A stretch of DNA of 55,551 nt, counting the filler, from Sphacelaria rigidula (taxonomy: Eukaryota): assembly GCA_964200075.2 (NCBI GenBank). It is 6 parts of 6 records of this genome, joined end to end, with 100 filler letters (N's around TTAATTAATTAA, not from the genome) between each part and the next. Parts side by side here need not be neighbours in the genome. Positions count along the whole stretch, not along the records: positions 18,553 to 27,727 come from CAXNAA020009121.1; positions 27,828 to 37,002 come from CAXNAA020009122.1; 4 more parts are not named here. One strand, 5' to 3'. The notes under the pieces were generated by a model, which saw only the letters and a program-made list of their open reading frames with translations, made no database searches and was not told the DNA's origin. Position 1 is the stretch's first letter. The number at the start of each line of letters is the position of its first letter. This document shows positions 25,295 through 36,923 of this stretch, piece after piece. A program made the translations under genes and the position numbers.

Positions 25295-26944
25295 TTCGCT
25301 CGAAAAACGCCGACGAGTGCAATACAAAGATTGAAAGTAAAATATCACATCGTTGAGGGTCCGTGCGATCATTAAGATCTTTACTTATGGCACAGAGGGA
25401 GAATATGGAGTTAAAAACACAAAAAATGAACGTTTGGTTAGCATGAAATGCCCATTTGATACTACTGCCATCATGATAAGAGAAGGAGACGGCGTGTGCC
25501 TCGGTAGTGATCTCATATGTCTATGCGACTGACTCACCGTAGATCAACTCAACCGTGGCATTGCTTGCATCACCCGGGCAAGCGCCAGTTCCATCCGTGT
25601 ATCTCGCAACTTGCATCACCCTGTAGCCCGAAAGTACCGTCCAAACCGATCACATGGAACATGACAAGACACATGAAGCGAAAAAATATCAACACGAAGG
25701 CAGGACAGAGCAACAGAAAAACACGAACAAAAAGAGGCATCAACACGCGAGACACATGTGCTCAAAATCAACAGATGGCCCGACAACGGAGGACGGGTGG
25801 ATAGTTTGGAGGGTACGCATGGTACGCATCGTCAGGATATCATCATCTGTCAACGGAGTACCTCCTCTGCTCTTGACACTCCAACCTCCGGACGTCATCG
25901 ATGCATTACACGTGGGTCACTAAAAACATGTCAAATGCTGCTGCTCTAGTTGAATCATGTGCTGACGTTGTGGGGGTGAACGGGGTCCGCAGGAAAGCGC
26001 TTCATTTTTCGGTACAGAGTGCAGGGAACCAGAAAGGGGGTTGAACAACCATTAATTTGTTTTTCTTGTCCCACTTTGAACCCTCCTTCCTCGGGGTGAG
26101 TCCGTGGTGTCAAGGGATCAACCCATCTTTCCCCCGGTACATGCCTTGCATTTTGGTCCCGCCGATTGCGTCATGACTATCAGCACTCCCGCACCGCGTC
26201 AACTTACGTCAGACAAACTCAACCGACTGCTTGGTTTACTCACGTTCTCACGCTTTTCACGGTGAAAATCACATACTACGGAGGAAAAACCCTACGCATC
26301 CGCAATCAAACCCTCCTTCTCACCACCTAATGGCGACAGTCGGACCATTGCACCATCGGGGCATACGAGGGCTTTCAACTGGATATTTTGTTCCGAAAGT
26401 AGCTGGCGGGTTAGCGCTTTGACTAGTGTGTGGCACCGAGATGTTCGTGTAGTATTTTCACCGGAAACATTGTGATATATTAGAGCGATTATACGTACAA
26501 CGTTCGCAAATACACCCATGCATACAAATATATAATCGTTACATCATACAGTCGTAGACCTTCAACGTGTCTGCTTCTTTGCGGCCTCAGTGGTTGAAAA
26601 ATCTGAAAACGGTAGTTGTTTGGTTTACATCTTGTGATCATTACATGGGTGCCAGAACATTCCGAATATTCTCTGCGTTCATGTCAGACGTCGAAACCTC
26701 CGAAATCCAAACGGTAACGGAGGGCTCCCATCACTGCGCATTTTGGTCGGCAAAATGAAATATCTGGTGTCTGTTGGCCCTCAAGGAAACAGGGAACGCA
26801 GAATAGTCACCGTCAACCCATCTACTGCATTTTTACACTTCCTTCTCGAAATAAATGTCATGTTGATCATGTTCGCATACCTCAAAATCAACAGAGTATT
26901 TTGCCCGAAGGAACACATGAGGAGCGGGAGAAATGGGCAATCTC

Positions 26945-27616
26945 TCATCCAACACCGACATGGACGCACTCGATCGTAGTCAAGTGGCCGCCGGAGCCCT
27001 CTCCAAGGTTGCGCTGACCATCTTTCGGACTGAAAAATACAGGCCGTTACATTTTTAAGTTGAACGTGTGTGTGTGTGCTTGTGTGTGTGTCCGTCAGGT
27101 GAATTGCCATACGTGTTGGAGACCTTTCGCTTCGTGCTTCCTTTCATTGTTTTTCTCCCAACCGGTGCCCTAGCGAAGCAATCATTCTCGAGGCTGCGAC
27201 AGCTCCACGGCACTCACTTCATCGGTGACGATTCCCACACGGCGATTCCGTCCGACACCATGCAGGTGGAATAATCGAAGTTGAGCATCATCAAAGTCGG
27301 GTCGTTCGCGCTGTTACTGGAGAACACAAGAACAAAACAAAAACGAAAAAAAACAGAAAACAAAACAGAAAAGCGAGCATGCCGAAAAAACGGAACGGAG
27401 GATACGCAGCGGGATTTGTTAATAAAACATTCACGTGTACGTCGAACAAGGTCGTCCCATCCAACTGGGTAATCTTACGGTGTTTCAAATACCGAAGAAG
27501 CAGAACAGGAGATCGGTGCACCCCATACACATGTGCATAAAATTGAGGACACTTTACGTCGTACAGGCCGGCGGAATGCTGTTCACAGTTCTCTGAATTC
27601 ATCGAAGTGACAGAAT
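26945..27616 (-). CDS. Putative last three exons of a hypothetical protein
   Basis: Candidate exons 27616-27587, 27316-27218 (pyrimidine tract+ccag, donor gtgagt) and 27029-26945 (tatttttcag) join in phase 2: FCHFDEFREL-NSANDPTLMMLNFDYSTCMVSDGIAVWESSPMN-PKDGQRNLGEGSGGHLTTIECVHVGVG*. No motif recognised. Confidence 0.4.
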
Positions 27617-27633
27617 CTTTCGCCGAGGGAATA

Positions 27634-27669
<36 letters not shown>

Positions 27670-27949
27670 AAAAAAAAAAAAACAAATTCATTGAAGGCGG
27701 AGAAAAAAGCGACCACGGGGGGGGGGGNNNNNNNNNNNNNNNNNNNNNNNNNNNNNNNNNNNNNNNNNNNNTTAATTAATTAANNNNNNNNNNNNNNNNN
27801 NNNNNNNNNNNNNNNNNNNNNNNNNNNTGGCAGTAGCAGCACACAACAGACCGCACGCCGCACAGCACAGCAGTGAAGCAGTACGCTTAGGGTTACGCGC
27901 AACTCTACACCATGAGTGGCGCGGTCACCCGTGCTGTAAGTGCTGCACC

Positions 27950-28152
27950 CGCCACCGTCAATTCCGCATCGGAGTGTTCTCCCTCGCTTGAGAAGTCAAG
28001 GTGGAGATACAACGGATTCTACCCTCAACGACATATTCGCTCTCCACCGTTGCACGTTGTGTGAGAAAAAATCCTAGTCCGCTCCAAGATTCGAACCCAC
28101 GACCCCAACCGTGAAAAGGTTTCGACGTTACCGATTGAGCCACCGGGGCGAG
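27950..28152 (-). mobile_element. tRNA-derived SINE
   Basis: Reverse complement reads cgccccggtggctcaatcggtaacgtcgaaacc...gtcgtgGGTTCGAATCttgg...caacggtggagagcgaatatgtcg; A and B boxes are present. Confidence 0.75.
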
Positions 28153-28165
28153 GCTGTATCCATGA

Positions 28166-29158
28166 ATAACCATTAGACCGTGATGCAGGTAGTCCATCTG
28201 GATCATGCATACTTTTTTCACGTGAAATTGATGACGATCCCACTGGTGACCTAACCTCGCGGTGAAAGGGTTGACCTCTTGACCGCGAGTGTATATCATC
28301 TGCTGAACTGGCATCAATATTCACATGAAAAAAGTATCCGTGATCCAGATGGGCCGCCAGCATCGCGGTCTAAAGGTCAACCCTTTATCCCTTAGACCGC
28401 GAGGTTAGTCTTCTGTTGAATCGGCATCAATTACATGTGAGAAAAAGTATGCATGATCTAGAAAGACCAATCTCGCGGTCTAAGGGTTAACCGCGAAGGT
28501 AGGTCACCTGCTGAATCGGCATCGATATTCACTTGAGAAAAGTATGTGTGATTCAGATGGACCACCAGCATCGCGGTCTAAGGGTTAACTCTTGGACCGC
28601 GAGGAGGGTAGGTCACCAGCTGAATCGGCATCGATATTCACTTGAGAAGCGTATGCGTGATCCAGATGGACTATCCGCACCGCGACCTGAGGGTTAACCC
28701 TTTGTCTAAGGGTTAGCCCTTCGTCTAAGGGTTAACCATTTGACCGCGATGAGGGTCGGCCACTTGCTGAATCGGAATTTATTTCACCTGAACGACGTAT
28801 ATGTGATCCAGATGGACTACCCGCATCGCGGTCCAAGAGTTGACCCTTTGACCGCGAGGGTAGGTCACCTGCTGAATCGGCATCAATTTTCACTTGAAAA
28901 AAATATGCGTGGTCCAGATGGACCACCAGCATCGCGGTTGAACCCTTATACCACGAGGCTAGTCCATCTCGATCACGCATAGGTTTTTCGAGTGAAATGG
29001 ATGCTGATTCAACAGATGACCTACTCGTCGTCTAAGGGTTAAGGGTTATTCCTTTGACCGCGAGGAGGGTAGGTCACCTGCTGAATCGGCATCGATTTTC
29101 ACTTGAAAAGCGTATGCGTGATCCAGCTGGACTACCCGCGCCGCGGTCCAAGGTTTAA
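28166..29158. mobile_element. Tandem chain of ~9 piggyBac-like mini-elements (~100 bp each) plus two 15-bp end-only derivatives
   Basis: Units follow the consensus TTAA-CCCTTAGACCGCGA...TCGCGGTCTAAGGG-TTAA, share TTAA-like junctions and occur in both orientations. CCCT..AGGG ends with a TTAA target are piggyBac hallmarks. Confidence 0.8.
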
Positions 29159-29829
29159 CAGAACCTACTGTCAGAGTAGAACCATTTTCACACGACACTG
29201 GCGCATAGACTCGCTCGTCCAACGAACTACATTTTGAATCCACCCACGGACAACAGAGCCGGCATGGAATATGTTACCCGGGAAGCGACGATTGCCTGCG
29301 GCTAACCTGACAACACGCATAAAAGTATACGTACTGATTGATTGATTGATTGATTGTCGCACTTTAACTGACCCCCCAGGGGTCCAGCCGGGGTCTCATG
29401 ATGGGCGTACCCGAGAAAAACGAACTTCAAACACGCTCTAGGGGAAAAAAAGGAACAGAAAAAAAAAAAGAAACAGAAAAAAAAAGAAAAAAACGACATA
29501 GCAGACTAAGTCGTGACAAAAAAAAGTAGTAAAAAATCAACACAAGCAAAGCACAGAAAGGAAAGGCCTATCAAATCAAAATCGAACCTTGGTGTTTGGC
29601 CAACATCATCCATGCCGAATTTCGTCGTCCGGGAGCGTGTTGCGAGGGAGTATAGAGCGAAGCAGCACGGTGAAAGCAACCACGCAGAGACGAATCACCA
29701 CGAGCTGGATCAACGGCCTGTGTAGTCTGTCTAGTCAGTGTGTGTGTTGTCCCATTTCTTCTGGACGCCAGTCTGCACTTTTGAGCATATGTGGGCGCAC
29801 CAACCAGGGTCACATAGGAGGAAGGTCAA

Positions 29830-30066
29830 CACAGGAGTTTTTTTTCTTTTTGGTTTGTTTTTCATTCTTCACCTTCCTACTGCTGTGCTTCCCTTTGTTT
29901 TTTATCGTGAGAGGGGTTTAGCAGTCCCTTTCCGTCGTCGACCATCCAGTCGGGTTTGGGTACCCACAACATAGTTGCTCTCCACTGTTGGACATTGTGT
30001 GAGAAAAACCCACGACCCAACGGTCAGAGGGTTTCGATGTTACCAACTAAGCCACCGCGGTGACCG
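29830..30066 (-). mobile_element. tRNA-derived SINE
   Basis: Reverse complement reads cgcggtggcttagttggtaacatcgaaaccctctgaccgttgggtcgtggg[deletion]...cagtggagagcaactatgttgtgggtac...A-rich tail; colinear with 2734-2990. Confidence 0.75.
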
Positions 30067-30085
30067 GCAGTGTCAGTGCATGCAA

Positions 30086-30260
30086 TTAACCCTTAGACCG
30101 CGATGCGGGTAGTCCATCTGGGTCACGCACGCTGTTTTCAAGTGGAATTGATGCCGATTCAGCAGGTGACCTACCTTCGCGGTCAAAGGGCTAATCCTTA
30201 CACCGCGATGCGGGTAGTCCATCTTGATCACACACGTTTTTCGAGTGAAATTGACGCCCG
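30086..30260 (+). mobile_element. Second chain of the same piggyBac-like mini-element (1 full, 1 partial)
   Basis: ttaaCCCTTAGACCGCGATGCGGGTAGTCCATCTG...TCGCGGTCAAAGGGctaa followed by a second start tccttacaccgcgatgcgggtagtcc. Confidence 0.8.
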
Positions 30261-31004
30261 TGCAAGCAATGAAAGCGGTGGGCAGTTTTGTGCAGGATTA
30301 TTAGTGTACCGTAGACAATGACATAAATCTATTGTAGACAGTGCAACATAAGTCTATAGTGAACATAGTAGTGGTTAGTTGCTGGCTGGGGGTTTGGTAC
30401 TATTTTTTCAAGGGAAAGTGCTACTGTAGACAGCGTAACGTAAGTCTATAGAGGACGTAGTTTTCAGTCGCTGGCTGGGGGTTTGGTACTTTTTCAAGCG
30501 AAAGTAATGAGTGGAGAAATGTTTCCGATGCAGTGACTGCCCTGGCCGTTTTTTGTGACTTACTGTTCCGCCAATTCTTGTGACGACTTGGAGTGATGGA
30601 ACAGTTACGCACTGACCATAAGTGGGCGTGTAAAAACAGAAAAAAGCAGACCAGAAAACCGGGCAGCTTGCGGTCAAAGGGTCTCGGATTGCCATCAACT
30701 TGCAAAAATAGAACGGATGAAGAAGTTTTTCCGATGCAGTGACAGCCCCGGCCGTTTTTTGTGAAATACTGTTGCACCCTTTTTGTGACAACTTGCAGAG
30801 GCCGTTTTTTTGTGGCAGTGATGAAAGGTTGGGGAAGTGTAAACTACTGTTCCGAGAAGGATCACACACTTACTTGATTCCAGTATCGAGCGGCGCATCA
30901 TTTAGGCTAATAGTATATAGGGTAATAATAATAATAAATATTCGATAAGGACTTGGTTTACATTCGTTCCACTTCACTCCAGGACACATATCTCCTTCTC
31001 TTGA

Positions 31005-31368
31005 CTTTGATGTCTGTAAAGACATGAGCAACTGCAAACGTGACAGCGTTTGATATGCCTGCGAGGTTGAAAATCGTCGGTATGAGGCGTTCTCCGATGA
31101 GTGCCTGAGTCCACGTCGCCTGATTGATGATGCACTCCTTGTCCGCCAACCCGACCCCATGTTGTCCAGTCCTTCCTTTGCCCCCGTCCGCCGCGCAGCA
31201 AAAGACACGGTATCCCGCGACAACAAACTCGATTCGGCCTGGTTTACTTCTTTCCTGCAGTCCGATGACGTAAAATCCCACCGCTTGACACTTCCGCAGA
31301 ACCACATCGGCATGGCCAGCCGCGTTCTTTCCCGTGAAGCATTGTGTACGGATCTCGTAGGTCGTCAC
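31005..31368 (-). mobile_element. Non-LTR retrotransposon (RTE-like LINE) AP-endonuclease fragment
   Basis: TTYEIRT...GHADVVLRKCQAVGFYVIGLQERSKPGRIEFVVAGYRVFCC...GQHGVGLA...ERL...AVTFAVAH matches a degenerate T.NVRTL / D+IGLQETR / GY..F.SG / HGVG / ERL.. endonuclease signature. Confidence 0.85.
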
Positions 31369-31386
31369 TTTGAGCTCCCCTATACG

Positions 31387-31612
31387 TGGGGCTGTGAACT
31401 AGACCAGTTTGTACTGTTGATTAAACTTGAACTGGAGTCTAACTGGAACTGGTGATGAGGACTCCAGTTTATCCAGTTTATTTGGCGTTTGCCGTTACCG
31501 GGAATGTTTATACCAATTTTAGTATTATGAGTTTATAACAACGATGCTTACATTATTGCATACAAAATGACAGTAGAATTGGGACCTGCACCTGACAGCA
31601 GTACAAGTATAG
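31387..31612 (+). repeat. Dispersed repeat, second copy at ~42687-42910
   Basis: tggggctgt.aact...aactggaactgg.ga.gagg...ttatccagtttatt...tttgcc...atacc.attttagt...cag.agtacaagt is shared between two contigs. Confidence 0.65.
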
Positions 31613-31789
31613 ACAGTGCTCGTGGTACGAGCTGGGCCAGCCTAGAAGCGGATTTGGAGTTTCCACACCCATTCATGATTTATAGTACTGGGCGCGAATT
31701 ATTTTTCTTCAGAAGGAATTTTTCTCGCGACTGGTCTTCGATAGAACTCGAAAGTGCTAGCGTCGGTAGATTTGGTTAAATGAACAGGT

Positions 31790-32185
31790 CATCTTCCTCC
31801 CCCCAGTACCCAAGTTAGTGTGAGTTGGTGTTATCGGGCGATACAAGTAGATACCTCGTTTATCAGGAGGGTGTTATTGGCCGTGAAACACCTTTTTTTC
31901 GGCCCTAGCGCAATAAGTAGGTGAGATTTCAAAAACAAACGTGAACATTTCTTCACAGATACGATCGGGACAGACCCCATTGACCGAAAGTATCGAAGAG
32001 TCGGAATCTGGGCTGAAACGTGTCAGGATCCCCGATGACCGGTCAGCCCGTAAGTAACTCAATATTCAGTACATATGTTTTTTTCCTTGAAATGTGGAGC
32101 GGATACAAGTATCTTCAGATCCCCCATGTGACGAGCGGTGGCGAGCGAAAGAGCCCAGGATAATCGCCAATTACCAAGAAATTAC
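31790..32185 (-). mobile_element. Internal fragment homologous to the 16662-17215 element, inverted
   Basis: aggagggtgttattggccgtgaaacac...ggccctag...aatctgggctgaaacgtg...cagcccgtaagt...tgtggagcggatacaa is the reverse complement of approximately 16720-17100. Confidence 0.75.
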
Positions 32186-32221
32186 TAAATTAATAATTCA
32201 GGCACCCAGTACTATAATACA

Positions 32222-32440
32222 TAGAGTTGGGCCCTAAATTTTGGTGTGGACAATCAACAGGGCATAATGGAAAAAATCATGCATGGACCCAAAGTTTTTT
32301 TTCATGATTGAACACCATTTTACGGATACCTAAAAACTGATTATTGCCTTTAACTCATAGAAAAAACTATTCGGGTCCATGCATAATTTTTTTGTCATGC
32401 CCTATTCGTTGTCAACGCCAAATTTTAGGCCCCAACTCTA
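32222..32440. mobile_element. Palindromic MITE (TAGAGTTGGG ends, hAT-like)
   Basis: TAGAGTTGGGCCCTAAATTTTGGTGTGGACAA ... TTGTCAACGCCAAATTTTAGGCCCCAACTCTA; no clear TSD. Confidence 0.65.
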
Positions 32441-34117
32441 AATATTGGCCGGCGAACGGGCCGTTTAGGAACCGGTTCGATTGAATTCGGAACAATATTT
32501 TGCAGGCCACTCACCGGTCCACGTTTGGTGTTTGTGTGTTGAAATTTTGTGTGGGACCTCGCTAGGGCATAATAAACCAAAAGAAGTGGGTCAGGCTGTT
32601 TTCTTTCGCTTTTTCCCCTCGTTTAGGCCGTATGGTAACGATCATTTTCCCCCGAGAACACCCGAACCTCTCCCCCCCCCAAAAAATGAATGCCCCCAGT
32701 TTTTTTTCAGCACACCTTACCCCCACGAGCTGCCAGCCTCAGTTTGTTTGCGTCCTCTTGTTCTCAAGGAGAGTCTATGCTGCTGCATACTATGGACGAA
32801 CGATTTTTGAATCGCCTACCGCTTCGAATGGTATTTGAATGCCATCTAAGAATTTTAGCTCCTCAATTTGAGGCGTCACATTTTCTACAATTTTCAACAT
32901 TTCTCAAGGAGAAACAAACCAAATGACGCAATTTTTCTGGTAACTGGAAAAACATCGATGTACTGACCGCTGGTGCGGCCAGTTTAAACGTTACTGGCCA
33001 GCGCAGCCAGTTCACAGCCCACCTATACGGGACCTAGCTCTAGCCTTGTCTGTATTTACACGTTTTTCTGTTCGCCCTGCCCTCTTTTTGAGCGTGTTTG
33101 TCCTTCCTACCTTACGTGCGAGCTTTTCATGTTCCCATTTACCCTTGGCACATTGATCATAGTATTTACCTTGCGTTTTGGTCTCGCGGGGGAGGGGGCA
33201 GCCTTCCCAACCCACGTCGGCCGCTATCTCCAGTCCTCCGATTCTGGCACTTGCTCGCACATGTCTCATCTCCATTGACGTGCCCCACCTTCGAGTAGAA
33301 CTCTGCAGCCGCGAGGTTGAGTTTGAGTCCCAGTGCAGGGCAAAAGTTTGCTGCTATAGGATCAACCCTGGTGTTCAACACTGACGGCATTGTCCACTGG
33401 TTAGTTTGTTTGCTGCATCACCTCTGATATAAGAGAAATGTCGATGAAAAACAAACACTAGATGCTTCCGTGAAGAATTGAAGGTGCGTGTGGAAGATAT
33501 TTGTAAAAAAATCGAAAAGCTCCTCACATTGGGCATGGCATTCCACTTCTTGTGTGACACCGCTGCACCCCCTTGTCTAGCTGATATGAGAGACTTCCAC
33601 AAGGGCGGAAGGTCACGAGTTCAAATCCCGCTATATACTTTTTTCGTTGCATAGTCTGGTTCCATCATTAAGGTTATACGTAATGTGATACATTTTTTTC
33701 ATTTTGTTTTTTAGTGGAAGAGCGTGTCATCAACAGGTTGGTTTGCAACTCACAGCGGTATACTCTTATCGGGCTGATTCCGGGGGACAGTTTCCATGTG
33801 CCAAAGGAATGGACGGTTCTTGACTGGCCTAGCTCGTTGTGCGCAATGCGTTCGATGGGTCTAAGCAGGGCTCCTGTAACCGAGCTTGATCCACATCAAA
33901 CCGTCGTACGCACGGAAGCAGGTTGGTTATCCTGGGAAAGGAACATTGTCATTAAACGCTCAGTCTCAGCAGAGAAAAAGCCACCGGCATTGGTATGTGA
34001 TCACCCACAAAGCCCCGCGCTGAGTCTCACGACTTTTACGTCGAATTTCGGATGTGGCCACCGCTACCCGCTTGGCATATGCACGTCTACACCATGCGCT
34101 TCCACACTTTGTAACAG

Positions 34118-34796
34118 GTGCAAGATGGGTTAACGATGTGGAGTTGCACGAGTTGGAAAAAAGGAGGGATAGAACGCAACCCAGAGCTGCGGGCGTCACG
34201 AGCGTTAGAAGCGCTGGAAGGGTGGCCAGATGAGGTAAGAAACAGTGGCGTTTGTGGTCATCCATTTCGCCGGTACTTCACAGAGGATGAAAACTGTGGG
34301 CAGTAATTCGTGTGTCTTACCAAGTGCTACAATTGGGCACGATATTTCGTTCCCGTACCTTGTTCGCTCGCAAGCGTTGCGACCAACGCGTGACGGAAAG
34401 GCCAACGTACAAGCCCAGCTGTTCCCACCGTGCCAGCGCACACATTCGAATGATTTTGCTCGTGGGCGAAAGAATCGCGCAACCTACTCCCTACGCCAGA
34501 GATGGCTACCACCGTGGTGGCTGATGCGAACGTTTCGTGTGTTCGCTTGTTGAACTCATGGTGAGCATCCGCTTCACGAAGCGATTTCATGGATCAATCG
34601 GACACCCATCCACCGTGCCTGTGTATACGCTGCAATTCTCCTTGGCTTCAGGTAACAGACATGGTGAAGAGCACGTCACCCAGCAGGCTCATCGAGGTCT
34701 TTGTCGGCGACAGCCCCTTGCAGTGGCTCACGTGGAGTCGAAAACCTGGCGCTACTCTGGTCGGCGATGCAGCTCACGCTATGTTGCCATCGTTGG
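34118..34796 (+). CDS. FAD-dependent monooxygenase (group A flavoprotein, zeaxanthin epoxidase/salicylate hydroxylase-like), internal exons
   Basis: Exons 34118-34234 (VQDGLTMWSCTSWKKGGIERNPELRASRALEALEGWPDE, donor gtaaga) and 34652-34796 (VTDMVKSTSPSRLIEVFVGDSPLQWLTWSRKPGATLVGDAAHAMLPSLG, donor gtaagt). LVGDAAHAM.P.LG is the third FAD fingerprint. Tentative upstream exons lie near 33299-33399 and 33715-33736. Confidence 0.85.
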
Positions 34797-34808
34797 GTAA
34801 GTTCCGCG

Positions 34809-36262
34809 CCCTGGACAATACAATATGTTTCCAATATATATATATATATATATCTGTCGATCATGCTAGGATATTGCGATATATTGCCGGCGTAATATAT
34901 ATATTGGTGGGCTTGGACTGCACACGTATTGCGCGCCCAATATACATTGGTGTCTTGAGACTGCACACATATTGGCCCATCAATATATATTGGAGCAGTG
35001 TGGGCGATGACATATTGCACGACCAATACCTAGTTGGGTCGCATTGGTCAGAATATATTGACCGGTCAATATATGTTGGATGTTATAAGCATGGTGTACG
35101 TTTTGAGAAAGATCCAGACGCGATGGATGCCGGAGCCCGTGCAGATTGGGAAAGGCTTGAAAGGAAGCCGCAGAATCTCGCTTGCATGGCTACGGAGAGT
35201 TGTCGAATACGCTTGAAATGTATACATTGGCCGGAAAATATGGTGACCGAAGAGGCGACCCGGTATATATGCCTTCTGATTATCTGTCCATCGGTGCGGT
35301 GTAGCTGATCCCCTTCACAGCATGTAATTAATCTTGGCTAAACAGTACGCCGGCAGGAAACGCAGGTCGATATGCGCCTTTTGGTACCCGTTTGGTCACC
35401 GGTGCTGTGTTGCTTTTACCCTGGACAATACATACTGTTCCAGTATGATACCAATATTTGTATTGGAGACAGCGCAAATATTGTCCTCCCAATATGTCTT
35501 GTGTTGCAATGTCCTGGGAGACATTGAAGTAACAATATATGTTTCTTGTGTCATGATCGTGAAGTAATTCATGACAATATATATATATATATTGAACATG
35601 CATTTGCTTCGGGAACAAAACACTTCATATATATTGTGCATGCCGGCCGTGTATGTATTGAGTCGAAGCGATGCGTCATATACCATTACAATAATATGTA
35701 TTAAACACAAACCGTTCAAGAGTATTATTTTCCCCATATATATTGAACACGCTCGCGGAGGAATATTTTGTGCGTCTTCGGCAACTGGTGATACATCTTT
35801 CGATGGCACCTGCGAACATAAATTTGCCCGCCATACTAATTCCAGTACACTTTCCAATCTACATGTTGAATCGTCAATAAAAATTGCTACACCAATGTGA
35901 ATTATATTGTGACCGTCGGTTCCCTTGTGTTTTGTCCGCCCAATATATATTGGACGCATTGACGCACAACATATTGGGGCGGCAATATATATTGGCGCTT
36001 CGGGTGTTGAGTATATTGAATCGTCAGTATATACTGACCTCGTGTTGCAGCCAATATATTACTCGGCCAATATATATTGAGGTGGCGCGTGTCGTGATAT
36101 ATTGTTCGGTCGATATATATGGCATGTCGCGAGCCTTGAATATTGATGGCACAAAATGTATTGGACTGTCTCTCGTGCCATCATATTGCTCTGCCATATA
36201 TTGACCACCCAACGCGTCGACACATTTAGCCGGCAATATATACATGTATATATATATACAAG
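34809..36262. repeat. Region dense in palindromic CCAATATATATTG-type motifs, probably nested non-autonomous DNA transposons
   Basis: Many caatatat/atatattg motifs; CCCTGGACAATACA starts at 34809 and again at 35419; immediately follows the monooxygenase donor site. Confidence 0.55.
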
Positions 36263-36494
36263 GATCGGACGGGGCCGCCTATCGGCGGCCCCGTCCTCCA
36301 CGATAGGCGCGGAAAGGGATTAATTTAATTCGGGAGATGGTAAAAGCAATGACTCCTACCAAGAGGTTGAGCCAAAGATTGGATATCTGTATCGGTTATG
36401 AAACTATGCTATATGTGATGAGTAGAAGATGGAAGATACGGCACGGGCGTAATTTTTGATCCGTTCGTTCACGCAATTTTCGTACCCTTTCAAA

Positions 36495-36923
36495 TCAAAA
36501 TTCCTGTTGAAAACTGCCTTTAGGGCCCTTTTCCGTCGATTTACGCCCGAGAAGAGGGCTAGACGCATGTTGACGCCTTGGAATGACTTGCTCTACTCGT
36601 TGAGACCGTTTGCATTTCTCGCAGGCCGCACTTAAGTTTTTGGCCAAACCAGGCCAAACACGAGTTTTCAGTTAAAAACGGTCAGGCAATCAAAATTTCC
36701 CCCTGTTTTTTTACCGCTTGACCGTCTTTTGTTGAAAATCCGTGTTTGGCCAAAAATGAAAGTGCCACCAGCGGGAAATGCTAAAGTTGCCCTGGAACGG
36801 CCTCAATGAGTAGAGCAAGTCATTCCAAGGCGTCAATATCCACCTAGCCCTCTTTTCAGGCGAAACACGACGGAGAAGGGCCAAAAAGGCAGTTTTAATC
36901 AAGAATGTTGAAGGGCTACCATT
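36495..36923. mobile_element. Foldback MITE, homologous to 54928-55407
   Basis: Inverted arms aaaactgccttt..ggccct...gacgccttggaatgacttgctctactc / gagtagagcaagtcattccaaggcgtc...agggcc..aaaggcagtttt. Confidence 0.75.

Noticed and set aside
24631-25322. Similar peptides (APRFRERPLNK...) on both strands
   Set aside because: A consequence of the foldback palindrome, not coding.
28166-29158. CRISPR-like array
   Set aside because: The interiors are homologous to each other rather than unique spacers, orientation is mixed, no cas genes are present, and the context is eukaryotic.
34589-35308. 239-aa ORF as a complete protein
   Set aside because: Only 34652-34796 is exon; the rest is intronic ATAT-rich repeat read-through.
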